64,000 bases of DNA from a virus (taxonomy: Duplodnaviria > Caudoviricetes), in the IMG/VR virus record IMGVR_UViG_2895476258_000012, positions 54 through 64,053 of that record. One strand, given 5' to 3'. A program made the translations under genes and the position numbers. The notes beneath the pieces were generated by a model. That model searched no databases and was not told the origin of the DNA. It saw only the letters and a program-made list of their open reading frames with translations. Shown here in pieces: positions 1-8,362 of this stretch (its first letter is position 1; every line of letters begins with the position of its first letter).

Positions 1-463
1 TGGCCAGGGCGGCAGCGAAGCGTTTCGGCGGCCAGAGCACGCCGAGCAGCGATTCGACGACGGCGTAGATGAGCAACACCGGCGTGCCGTAGGCGACATG
101 ACCGGCCTTGCCGAGCAGCGACGGGCTGGCCTGCACCCGAACCTTGAGCTGACGGAACACGGTGGCGACCGACGCCGGGCGACGCTCGGGCAGCGCGTGG
201 TCGCCGACGACGGCCACCCCGAACGCCGTCTTGGTCCGCCCCCAGACGGGTCGCAGCACGTCACGAGCCGAGCGACGCGCGACAGGCGGGGAGGCGGTCG
301 GGGCGGGCGCCGCCTCCTCAGGGGATTCCTGCTCGTCCGTCGCGTCCGGGTTGGCGCGCGGAAAGGGCAGCACGACGGCCGCCGGTTCGGTGTCGCCGCC
401 CTGCTCCGGTGCGGGGTCGGTGGTGTTGTCGAACAGGCCGCCGATCTTCACAGGGTCTCCCAT
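1..463 (-). CDS. Hypothetical membrane protein, runs off the left edge
   Basis: My translation from ATG 463 (ATGA overlap with the upstream gene) is open to position 1: MGDPVKIGGLFD...YGTPVLLIYAVVESLLGVLW. Confidence 0.55.
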   Translation of the reverse strand, partial: MGDPVKIGGLFDNTTDPAPEQGGDTEPAAVVLPFPRANPDATDEQESPEEAAPAPTASPPVARRSARDVLRPVWGRTKTAFGVAVVGDHALPERRPASVATVFRQLKVRVQASPSLLGKAGHVAYGTPVLLIYAVVESLLGVLWPPKRFAAALA

Positions 464-837
464 CAGGTGATCTCCGCTTCGATCTCGTCGGCCGTCGCCT
501 TGAGCTGGGCGGCGAGTTTGCGTCGGGCGGTGGCCGCCTTCGTTGCGTGGCGGGCGTGCAGCACGGCAAGCGCGAGGCGGATGCGGTCCCAGTGGATGGC
601 CATCCGCTCCTGGTCGGTCGTCGCCGCGGCCAGCTTTTCGGCAGCCCGATGCTGTCGGTCGCGGAAGCTCCTGCGCCCCACGTTCTCCTCACTCCCTGTG
701 ATCGCTGTTAAGGTTGCCTCGCGCGCCTGTGCGCCTGCGCGCCTCGCGCGCCTGCGTTGGCGGCCGGTCCTCCGCCTCACCGGAAGCGACCGGCGCGCGG
801 CAGGGCCGCGCGGCCCGTCACGCTGAGCGATGTTCAT
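463..837 (-). CDS. Hypothetical protein (~124 aa)
   Basis: MNIAQRDG start overlaps the stop of the SsgA-like gene (ATGA); translationally coupled chain. Confidence 0.55.
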   Translation of the reverse strand: MNIAQRDGPRGPAARRSLPVRRRTGRQRRRARRAGAQAREATLTAITGSEENVGRRSFRDRQHRAAEKLAAATTDQERMAIHWDRIRLALAVLHARHATKAATARRKLAAQLKATADEIEAEIT

Positions 838-1235
838 GGCTGCTCCCCCGCGATCTCGGCGAGGCCGCCGTCCCAGTCGATGCGCATCCCCTCGCAGCCG
901 TAGGGCACGGCGCGACAGGTGCGGCCCAGGAACGCCACCACGGTGAGCAGAGGGATCCGCCACACCTGGCCCTCGGTGTCGAACCGCCCAAGCAGGAACG
1001 TGGGATCGTAGGCACACGGCTGGACGTCGGCGTTGCCATACCGGGTGGCGAACGCGCGGCTGTCGTCGAGCAGGGCGCGCGGGTACGCGGTGAACCGGCC
1101 GGGCTCGTGGTCGATGCGGACCAGCAGCGGATCGGCGGTCCGGTAGGTGAGGCTGCCGATGACGAACCGCTCGGGGTCGTCCTCACGCCATAGCGGGAGC
1201 GGCGCCCACAGCGAGCTGGCGGCTGCGGTCTTCAC
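834..1235 (-). CDS. SsgA-like sporulation/cell-division protein (SALP family)
   Basis: LTYRTADPLLVRI...RALL...GNADV and C-terminal VVAFLGRTCRAVPYGCE..IDWDGGL resemble SsgA (LVAFLDRTDKLVPLGQE); GTG start overlaps the DUF2637 stop. Confidence 0.8.
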   Translation of the reverse strand: MKTAAASSLWAPLPLWREDDPERFVIGSLTYRTADPLLVRIDHEPGRFTAYPRALLDDSRAFATRYGNADVQPCAYDPTFLLGRFDTEGQVWRIPLLTVVAFLGRTCRAVPYGCEGMRIDWDGGLAEIAGEQP

Positions 1236-2263
1236 GGCTGGTTTCCCTTCATGTACTCGTCGCGCAGCAGTCGCGCCGAGTCGGGCGCGCATTCCAAGGT
1301 CTTGCGGATCGACTCGGCGGAAGTCGGGTTGAGCTGCCCGGCCGCCCGCGCGTCGTCGAACTCCGCGCGCAACTCGTCGAGGGTTCGCCGCCGCTTGGCC
1401 CGATTCGATAGGCCCTTGCTGCCTCGATTCGGTCCAGGGCGGCGGGTCGATCCATTGGGGGTCGATGGAACCGATGCATTGACCCTCGATCGAGTCGATC
1501 CATTGAGGGCCGCCGAGGTCGATGGATCGAGCCTCGCGGGGGTCGATCCATCGAGGTCGATCGGCATCTGATCTGCGTGGACGGCTGGTGCGAGTTCGCC
1601 GAGCCGGTACAGGGCGCGCTGCCGGCGGGTAGCTCTGAAACGCCAGCCGTAGCCGAGCCAGCCGTGCGCGTCCTGAAGGTCGGTCTTGGCGAGCACCCGG
1701 TCGCGCTCCCGGTGGAGCGCTGCCGGGTAGGAGCGGACCTCCCACAGCACCATGCGCCTCCACAGCAGGAACGTGCTGCGCGGCGCGAGCAGCCAGCGGG
1801 ACACGCGGATGCCGTCCATGCGGGTGCCTGCCGCCACCCCGGCCCAGACGCGGGCGACGTGCGCGCCGATCTCGACACCGACCACCCACAGCAGCGGCAG
1901 CGCAGCGTGCGCGACCATCCCGAACAGGTCGGCGGCCCCGGCAACGTTGAGGTAGATGGTCGCGCCGGCCAGCGACCACGGGATCAGGCGCAGCCAGGCG
2001 AGGCGCATGTTGAGCCGGGCGAGCAGGATGTCGAGCGCAGAGAACACGAGGATGCCCAGGTCGATGCCGACCGGGACGAGGAAGGAGAACACGCCGAACC
2101 TCGGGTGGGCAGCCTCGGCCACGGTGCCGAAGCTGACGACGAAGCCGATCAGTCCGAGCAGAGCGACCCCGGCGATCACGACGATGGCGAGACGTTGCGC
2201 GGCTGCGGAAAGGGTGGGGAGGACTCGGGAGGGCAGGCTGGGTGTGCGTGAGGACGGAGTCAC
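1232..2263 (-). CDS. DUF2637 (SpdA-like) membrane protein
   Basis: Four hydrophobic segments, LVPVGIDLGILVF, RSTFLLWRRMVLWEVRSY, repetitive linker and helical C-terminus. Confidence 0.75.
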   Translation of the reverse strand: MTPSSRTPSLPSRVLPTLSAAAQRLAIVVIAGVALLGLIGFVVSFGTVAEAAHPRFGVFSFLVPVGIDLGILVFSALDILLARLNMRLAWLRLIPWSLAGATIYLNVAGAADLFGMVAHAALPLLWVVGVEIGAHVARVWAGVAAGTRMDGIRVSRWLLAPRSTFLLWRRMVLWEVRSYPAALHRERDRVLAKTDLQDAHGWLGYGWRFRATRRQRALYRLGELAPAVHADQMPIDLDGSTPARLDPSTSAALNGSTRSRVNASVPSTPNGSTRRPGPNRGSKGLSNRAKRRRTLDELRAEFDDARAAGQLNPTSAESIRKTLECAPDSARLLRDEYMKGNQP

Positions 2264-2286
2264 AGTCGGGCCCCTTTACGTTGTAT

Positions 2287-2304
2287 GCAAGCTCTAGTGC
2301 TTAC
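2287..2304. promoter_or_regulatory. Palindromic operator variant GCAAGC-N6-GCTTAC inside a probable minus-strand promoter
   Basis: Lies between TTGACG (-35) and TACAAC (-10, 18-nt spacer) upstream of the DUF2637 gene. Confidence 0.5.
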
Positions 2305-2758
2305 GTCAACGGCCGGGGTGACTGCGGGCGTGCGGCAGGTGGCGGGCACGAGTGTAATGGCAGGCGGGAACACTGCCATGATGTGGCTCATCCCGGTTCG
2401 CGTCCTTTCAGCAGAGTGGACCGGGTAGGGCTCCGCCTCCGGGGGCAACCGGGGGCGGAGCCTGCTGGCATTCGGTTGTGATCTTTGGCGTCCACCCGTG
2501 TGATACTGGCGGGACCGATTCGCGTTTTGGTCGGCGCGAGTGGGATTGGTCCCTTCGGGTGGGACTTCCGGGCGGTTCTGGCGTTGAGCCGGGGCCGCCC
2601 TGTTCTACTTTGAATACTTTTAGTTACCTAGGCAACTATTGCTTGTGCGGGCAGCATGCATCGCGCCCACCAAGGCTGTCAAGCAGACCAGGCAGGCGAA
2701 GTGATCAAAGGCGCGGTACTCTCGCCGAGAATGCCCGCCGTCGCAGCAGGAGCCGCCC

Positions 2759-3517
2759 GTGGCCGCCATCCGCTATCGCGAGATCGCCGACCAGTTGCGA
2801 GACGCGATCAGCGACGGCACCTACCGGCCCGGCGACCTACTCCCCCAGCAAGACGAGCTGATGAGAACTCACCACGCGTCCAAGGGCACGATCAACACTG
2901 CGATCCGGGAACTCCGATACGAGGGACTGATCAGCCGGGCGGCGCAACGCGGACGGCTCGTGGTCCTGGACAACCGGCCCGTGCTCATCGACCTGTCCTT
3001 GACGGCCAGCACGGGCGGCGGGCTCGGCCCATGGGAGACCGCATGCAAACGGGCGGGCATGGACGGCCGGATGACCGTGACGGCCGCCGCGACCGTCGAG
3101 AGCGACCCAGACATCGCGCAAGCCCTCCAGATCCGAACGGGCCAGCCGGTGATACGGCGCGACCGGCGCGCTCTGCTCGGCGGCCAGTCGGTCATGCTCG
3201 ACACGGCCTTCTACCCGGCGTCCCTTGTGGAGAGCACGCCCCTCGCCGGCGAGGGATCGGTCTCGGGCGGCGTCTACGCGGCGCTGATCGACGCCGGACT
3301 GCTCGACCCGGCGACGGCCACGACGACCGACATGATCCGATCTCGGGCTGCCACGGCACGAGAAGCTGAAAGGCTGAAGGTGCGGCCCGGCAGCCCGGTC
3401 TTGGACATCGAGCGGATCACGCGCGACGGCGAGGGCCGCCCGGTCGAGCTGCTGCGCCGGGTGGCGAACGGCGCACGTGTCCGAGTCGTTCATGACGCGC
3501 GCACCATCACTGTCTAA
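2759..3517 (+). CDS. GntR-family regulator with UTRA domain (HutC/KorSA-like)
   Basis: YREIADQLRDAISDGTYRPGDLLP...SKGTINTAIRELRYEGLI winged HTH plus UTRA-like C-terminus; divergent from the DUF2637 operon. Confidence 0.9.
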   Translation: MAAIRYREIADQLRDAISDGTYRPGDLLPQQDELMRTHHASKGTINTAIRELRYEGLISRAAQRGRLVVLDNRPVLIDLSLTASTGGGLGPWETACKRAGMDGRMTVTAAATVESDPDIAQALQIRTGQPVIRRDRRALLGGQSVMLDTAFYPASLVESTPLAGEGSVSGGVYAALIDAGLLDPATATTTDMIRSRAATAREAERLKVRPGSPVLDIERITRDGEGRPVELLRRVANGARVRVVHDARTITV

Positions 3518-3561
3518 TCACCAACGTCGCGACCTGCGTATTTACGTCTTACCGCGTGACC

Positions 3562-3583
3562 GCGCAAGCAAAAGAACTTGCGC
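3562..3583. promoter_or_regulatory. Palindrome GCGCAAG-N8-CTTGCGC overlapping the putative -35 of the Y RNA/rsr promoter
   Basis: TTGCGC at 3578-3583 and TACGGT at 3603-3608, upstream of Y RNA unit 1. Confidence 0.5.
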
Positions 3584-3642
3584 TCTCATCGGCCTCCCAT
3601 GCTACGGTTTCGATCAGTTAAACCCCTCCGAAATCCACCATC

Positions 3643-3752
3643 CCGTCGGGCTCGGAGCGGGTACGGATCGAATGGCGTCGGTTATCTCTTTCTGCAAAAA
3701 AGATCACACCCGGTGCCGCTTCTCACATCCGTATCCGCTCCCTGCTCGACGG
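3643..3752 (+). ncRNA. Y RNA-like unit 1 (no tRNA-like domain)
   Basis: Terminal stem CCGTCGGGCTCGGAGCGGGTACGGAT / ATCCGTATCCGCTCCCTGCTCGACGG; motifs CGGATCGAA-N5-TCGGTTATC and CACATCCG; upstream of the TROVE gene. Confidence 0.75.
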
Positions 3753-3762
3753 TCGTCGGCGC

Positions 3763-3916
3763 GGTTCGGAGAGGGCACGGGTCGAAGTTCGTCGGTTACC
3801 ACTTCTAATGGGGCGGTCGCAGGTTCGAGTCCTGCCCGGGGCTAACGCTCCGGTAGCTCAGTTGGCAGAGCACCTAAACGCCGGTGAACATCCCACATCC
3901 GTGTCTTCTCCGAACC
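3763..3916 (+). ncRNA. YrlA-like Y RNA unit 2 (permuted tRNA mimic)
   Basis: 18-bp terminal stem; T arm GCAGG-TTCGAGT-CCTGC (3819-3835) precedes a closed acceptor-like hairpin and D arm TAGCTCAGTTGGCAGAGC (3854-3871). Confidence 0.85.
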
Positions 3917-3928
3917 ACACCGATCCAC

Positions 3929-4080
3929 TCGTCAGCCCTATCGGGAGCACGGGTCGAATTCTGTCGGTTACCACACAGGTAAAGGTTCGACTCCTTTCCG
4001 GCCCACTCGTGGGCCAGACGCCCAGGTCGGCTGGGCACCCGGCAGGAGCCCCACATCCGTGCCACCGGCAAGGCTGACGA
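3929..4080 (+). ncRNA. YrlA-like Y RNA unit 3 (divergent D arm)
   Basis: Same 5' and 3' motifs; T arm AAAGG-TTCGACT-CCTTT (3981-3997), hairpin GGCCCAC/GTGGGCC; ends TCGTCAGCC / GGCTGACGA pair. Confidence 0.75.
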
Positions 4081-4084
4081 TCAC

Positions 4085-4229
4085 GGGGAGTGCGGGTCGA
4101 AGTCGTTCGGTTATCCTCCGGAACCGGCGGTCGCGGGGTTCAAGTCCCCGCTGCGCGGCCTGGCCGCGCGTAGCTCAGCGGTAGAGCTCCGGTCTTGATC
4201 CGGTCGGCACACCCATATCCGCCCTCCCC
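4085..4229 (+). ncRNA. YrlA-like Y RNA unit 4 (permuted tRNA mimic)
   Basis: T arm CGGGG-TTCAAGT-CCCCG (4134-4150), D arm TAGCTCAGCGGTAGAGC (4171-4187), ACCGG/CCGGT anticodon-stem equivalent, conserved Ro-stem motifs. Confidence 0.85.
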
Positions 4230-4234
4230 TCCCC

Positions 4235-4259
4235 CACATCCGCCACCTGGCGGGTCGAA
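4235..4259 (+). promoter_or_regulatory. Circularly permuted Ro-binding helix in the rsr leader
   Basis: CACATCCGCC-ACCT-GGCGGGTCGAA: the 3' Y motif comes first and the 5' motif second, 7 nt before RBS GGAG. Confidence 0.5.
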
Positions 4260-4276
4260 CCCCTTGGAGATCCTTC

Positions 4277-5956
4277 ATGGCCCGCAACCGTGACCCTCTC
4301 GCAAGCGTTTCCGCATTCGCCACCCCGCAGACCCAGCGGCTGCCCGGACGCACCGAGCAGGTGAAGAACGCGGCGGGCGGCTATGTCTTCGACAAGGACC
4401 TGTGGCGCAAGCTGGAGGACTTCCTGATCCTCGGCACCACTGGCGGCACCTACTACGTCAGCGAGAACAAGCTGACCGCCGACAACGCCGACGTGCTGTT
4501 CAACGCGATCGCCGAGGACGGCCCGCGCGTCGTCGAACTGCTCACCGACATCTCGACCGCACGCCCGCCGCGCGCCCCGAAGCAGCGCCCGGCGCTGTTC
4601 GCGCTGGCCGCCGCTTACGCCAAGGGCGACCAGGCCACCCGCCAGGCGGCCAAGCTGGCGCTGCCAAAGGTGGCGCGCACCACCGACCACCTCGCCCAGT
4701 TCTTCGGCTACTACAAGAACCTCGGCGGCAAGCCGACCGCTCACGGCACCGCGCCGATCGTCGGCCGGTCACTGCGCACGGCGCTCGCCTCCTGGTTCCT
4801 GTCGGACCGCGCGGACACCGTCGCGTTCAAGGTGTGCAAGGCCCGCCAGCGGAAGACCCCGCAGGGCGAGGCGTTCGACCTGCGCGACGTGCTGCGCATC
4901 GCCCACCCCAAGGCGGACAGCCCGGAGCGGGCGCGGCTGTTCGGCTGGATCGCCGGGAACGTCTCCGACGAGGACGCGCGCGACGTGCTGGAGTCGGTGG
5001 ACCGGTTCCTGACCGCCAAGGCCGTCACCACGGCCCGCGAGGCGATCCGCGTGGTCAACGAGCGCAAGGTGCCGTGGGAGTTCCTACCGGACGCGATGCT
5101 GCGCGAGCCTGCCGTGTGGGACGCCCTGATCGACACGGTCGGCATGACCGCGCTCATCCGCAACCTGTCCCGCATGACCCGCATCGGCACGCTCAAGCCC
5201 ATGAGCGACGCCACGCGGCGCGCGATCGCCCGGCTCACCAACCAGGAGGCGCTCCTTCGGGCGCGCATCCACCCCATGGACGCCTTCCTCGCGCTGCGCG
5301 TCTACGGCTCCGGCCGGTCCCAGCCCAACCCGCGCGCCGACGCGCAGACGTGGACGCCGGTCCCGGCGATCCTCGACGCGCTGGAGGAGACGTACGAGCT
5401 GTCGTTCGGCAGCGTCGAGCCCTCGGGCCGGCGACTGCTGGTCGCGGTGGACTCGTCCAGGTCGATGTCCGGGAATTGGGGCGGCAGCGGTGTCGTGGTC
5501 GGCGGTTCGTCGATCGGTTCGCCGTACGAGGTCGGCTGCGCTCTGGCCGTCATGCTGGCCCGCATCGAGAAGGGGAACGTGCACGTCATCGACGTGGACA
5601 CCAGTGTTCACGCCTCGAAGGTGACGCCGCGCACCAACCTGCGGGAGATCAAGAGCTGGCGGCCGTCCGGCGGCGGCACCGACCTGTCGTTGCCGTTCCG
5701 GTGGGCGCGCGAGCAGCGCATGGCGGTGGACGGGGTCGTCCTGTTCACTGACAACGAGACGTGGGCCGGGCGGTCTCACCCGTCGCAGGAGCTCGAAGCC
5801 TACCGGCGTACGGTGGCGCGTGACGCCCGCGTGATCGTGGCGGCGATGACGGCGGCGGGCTACTCGATCGGCGACCCTGCCGACGCGGGGGTGCTGAACG
5901 TGGCGGGCCTGGACGCGTCGCTGCCACTGATCGTGAACGGGTTCATCCGCTCATAG
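4277..5956 (+). CDS. rsr: TROVE-domain Ro60 ortholog (Rsr) with C-terminal vWA domain
   Basis: QVKNAAGGYVF, FLILGTTGGTYY, DVLRIAHPK, VPWEFLP, GMTALIRNL, RIHP, LLVAVDSSRSM (MIDAS-like), GGTD, VLFTDNETW. Confidence 0.95.
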   Translation: MARNRDPLASVSAFATPQTQRLPGRTEQVKNAAGGYVFDKDLWRKLEDFLILGTTGGTYYVSENKLTADNADVLFNAIAEDGPRVVELLTDISTARPPRAPKQRPALFALAAAYAKGDQATRQAAKLALPKVARTTDHLAQFFGYYKNLGGKPTAHGTAPIVGRSLRTALASWFLSDRADTVAFKVCKARQRKTPQGEAFDLRDVLRIAHPKADSPERARLFGWIAGNVSDEDARDVLESVDRFLTAKAVTTAREAIRVVNERKVPWEFLPDAMLREPAVWDALIDTVGMTALIRNLSRMTRIGTLKPMSDATRRAIARLTNQEALLRARIHPMDAFLALRVYGSGRSQPNPRADAQTWTPVPAILDALEETYELSFGSVEPSGRRLLVAVDSSRSMSGNWGGSGVVVGGSSIGSPYEVGCALAVMLARIEKGNVHVIDVDTSVHASKVTPRTNLREIKSWRPSGGGTDLSLPFRWAREQRMAVDGVVLFTDNETWAGRSHPSQELEAYRRTVARDARVIVAAMTAAGYSIGDPADAGVLNVAGLDASLPLIVNGFIRS

Positions 5957-5986
5957 GGACCCGCCCCGCCAACAACACGCAAGAAT

Positions 5987-6015
5987 GGCCCGCCTCCCAA
6001 AGTGGGAGGCGGGCC
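5987..6015. terminator. Intrinsic terminator hairpin after rsr (possibly bidirectional)
   Basis: 13-bp perfect stem GGCCCGCCTCCCA / TGGGAGGCGGGCC between convergent genes. Confidence 0.75.
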
Positions 6016-6134
6016 GTTGAGTTCGTCATGTCAACGTGAAGCATCGGGGCAAGACTCGACGTAGCTGCCGCATCAGCGCATGTAGAACTCGATGTCGAGA
6101 ACGTTTATGAGTTGTCCACAGGCCGCCTGTCAAG

Positions 6135-6722
6135 CTAAGCGGATATGGTTGGGCCAAGCTCCTTGACTGCTTCTTCCGCTGTTTTGATCACTAGTCCGAG
6201 GCTACGACGGAGCTCGTCTCTGTTCTTGAGCATTCTACCGTCGCGAGTCACGAAGACATCGTGTCCCTGCATGAGATGTGTGGTCAGGTGATGAACATCG
6301 TCGATCTTTTTGGCCTGTGCCTGCCGGTGGCCCAAATTCGTCTCATCGAGGTGGCCGACTTGGAGATGCTGAGGCAGCAAGATGCGCTGGATCTCCTGGT
6401 CGGATGCAGCTGTATCGTCTCCCGCCAGGAAAACGCCGCCGTCTAGCGTACTCATTGCGTAGCCCAGTCGCAGCGGCCCGCGGGTATATCTAATCTCGGG
6501 TCGGGCGGCCAACCACGCAAGATTGGCCACGCGGTGGCCATCGTTCGTGACGCGCAGTTGGTCGGCTGTAAATGCCTCGGTGATCCACATTTCGATCCGA
6601 CCTTGCCGCGCAAGCTCAACAAGACGATCGACAGCTTCCCAGTGGAACTGCTGTCTCACGGAGTCGATGATCGCATTAGTGTCGAGAGTGTACTTTGGCG
6701 CTGCTGGAAACTGCTCGGTCAT
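6135..6722 (-). CDS. PIN-domain putative ribonuclease
   Basis: YTLDTNAII at the N-terminus, IDDVHHL and DVFVTRDGRML acidic PIN-type motifs. Confidence 0.7.
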   Translation of the reverse strand: MTEQFPAAPKYTLDTNAIIDSVRQQFHWEAVDRLVELARQGRIEMWITEAFTADQLRVTNDGHRVANLAWLAARPEIRYTRGPLRLGYAMSTLDGGVFLAGDDTAASDQEIQRILLPQHLQVGHLDETNLGHRQAQAKKIDDVHHLTTHLMQGHDVFVTRDGRMLKNRDELRRSLGLVIKTAEEAVKELGPTISA

Positions 6723-7011
6723 GGGACCATCGTCCCGCTCGATTCGCTGGCGCGCCCGCTTTTTGGGAAGCTTCGCCCACTTGAACAGCGACTAGCACAA
6801 CCGGACACCATCCGCTCGCGTGTAGGCGAGGCTGCATCCGAGTCCAGCCAGTGGGCGCCCACCCCTGGAAACGCGCACTGGATCTTCGAGGCAATACGCG
6901 ACCCGGACGAACAGCCCGGCGAGGTGCGGTACCCCGCGCCCCGGAACAAGGAGGCAGGGAACCGGAGACCGGCGTGGACTCTGGCAGCGCGCGATCGCCT
7001 TCACTAGGTTG

Positions 7012-7038
7012 AACTCTAACTAGCCCATAGTTAGAGTT
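7012..7038. promoter_or_regulatory. 11-bp inverted repeat, probable PadR autoregulatory operator
   Basis: AACTCTAACTA-gccca-TAGTTAGAGTT, 5 nt before the PadR ATG. Confidence 0.6.
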
Positions 7039-7043
7039 AGAGC

Positions 7044-7373
7044 ATGGGTACTACGCCCCGCATGACCATCCCCACCCAGCTCGTCCTCCGCGCCCTGCTC
7101 GAAGATCCCACGCGGGAGATGTACGGGCTGGAAATCTGCCGGGCCGCCGGCCTCGCGCCCGGCACCATCCACCCCATCCTCGCCCGCTTCGAGGGCATCG
7201 GCTGGCTGGAGTCGCGCTTTGAGGATGTGGAGCCGCGCGAGGCGGGCCGACCTCGCCGCCGGTACTATCGACTTACGCCGCATGGGGCAGAAAACGCACG
7301 CAATACTCTTCTCCGCACATCAGCCAGGTGGATGACTCTTGTGGCGCGTTCGCGAATGGCAGATGGCGCATGA
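7044..7373 (+). CDS. PadR-family transcriptional regulator
   Basis: MYGLEICRAAGLAPGTIHPILARFEGIGWLESRFE...RPRRRYYRLT. Confidence 0.9.
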   Translation: MGTTPRMTIPTQLVLRALLEDPTREMYGLEICRAAGLAPGTIHPILARFEGIGWLESRFEDVEPREAGRPRRRYYRLTPHGAENARNTLLRTSARWMTLVARSRMADGA

Positions 7374-8362
7374 TGGAGATGGATCCTTCTGCGGCCAACG
7401 CTGTCATCGGCAAGGCCTCCACCGATAGCTTAGCTCGCATCATCGCAGTAGCGCTGATGGACGCCCTAAACATCATTCAGTTCGCGCGTAGACACAGCGG
7501 AGACGATGGGCTTTGCAGCGAAAACTGCGTCTCACAGTGCGATGTCGGTCTATATAGATGGAAAGTACTTGATGCCCACAGATATACTGCGGCCGCACTA
7601 GCGATAACTCGGCAACTTACCGAGAATCTGGCCAGCGAGATCGCAGATAGATCAAAGAGAATTCCTTCTCTTAGTGTTCTCTCCGTCGCGTCAAGCCTTG
7701 TCGGGAGTTTGGAAACCATCAATCGACTCACGTATGGGCTTAATTCCGCTGATTCTATGTTCGGCGGAGGCAATAGGCGCATCTACGGCACCAAGGATGC
7801 TCTGGAGTTGCATGAGCGGCTAGAGGCGGCCACCCAGATCGCTTGCACACTTGCCGCTAGCATGGACGCTGATGTAGCGGAAATCGGCGGGCTTCGACGG
7901 CAAGGCAATACGTCCTACACCGCCGAATGGCTCATCCTCAAAATAATTCAGCAAGTCCCTCCACGCCACCGAGCGCGTTACGCCGAGGAGTTTTGGACGG
8001 AACTACGCGAACTGGCAATGGCCAACACTTCCCGTCCGTTCCAAATTCTCTACGCCGTTCAGCAGTTGTCACAGGTGCGGCAGCTTCGGGCAGCCCTCCA
8101 GGCACTCGACCAGTCACGCTTCTACCGGCTTCGCCGCATGGCGTGCTGGATTCTCGCTTCCGACTGGCGAACCTGGGGATTCCTCGGCCCACTGATGGCG
8201 TTCGCGATCGTGAACGTGCATCTCCGGCAGGGTTGGGGCTCGGCGTTCTTCACGATCCCAGGTGTCGTGGCCTTCTATGCGGGCGTGGAGTGGCTGAGAA
8301 AGCGCTGGGTGGTGGAGTTCAAGCGGCGGGGCCGGTCGCGCGAGAGATCTTCCAGCGAATGA
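7370..8362 (+). CDS. PadR-coupled membrane protein
   Basis: ATGA overlap with PadR; RARYAEEFWTEL segment and two C-terminal TM helices. Confidence 0.6.
   Translation: MMEMDPSAANAVIGKASTDSLARIIAVALMDALNIIQFARRHSGDDGLCSENCVSQCDVGLYRWKVLDAHRYTAAALAITRQLTENLASEIADRSKRIPSLSVLSVASSLVGSLETINRLTYGLNSADSMFGGGNRRIYGTKDALELHERLEAATQIACTLAASMDADVAEIGGLRRQGNTSYTAEWLILKIIQQVPPRHRARYAEEFWTELRELAMANTSRPFQILYAVQQLSQVRQLRAALQALDQSRFYRLRRMACWILASDWRTWGFLGPLMAFAIVNVHLRQGWGSAFFTIPGVVAFYAGVEWLRKRWVVEFKRRGRSRERSSSE

Noticed and set aside
3819-3871. tRNA gene (canonical T and D arms; likewise 4134-4187)
   Set aside because: Arms are in permuted order, with no anticodon loop or CCA end; they are Y RNA tRNA-mimic domains
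3643-4260. CRISPR array
   Set aside because: Repeats are short, bipartite and base-pair across variable units of 110-155 nt; no cas genes in the window
3477-4353. Short ORFs 3477..3845, 3808..4077, 3874..4071 and 4111..4353
   Set aside because: They overlap the structured RNAs and have no protein-like features
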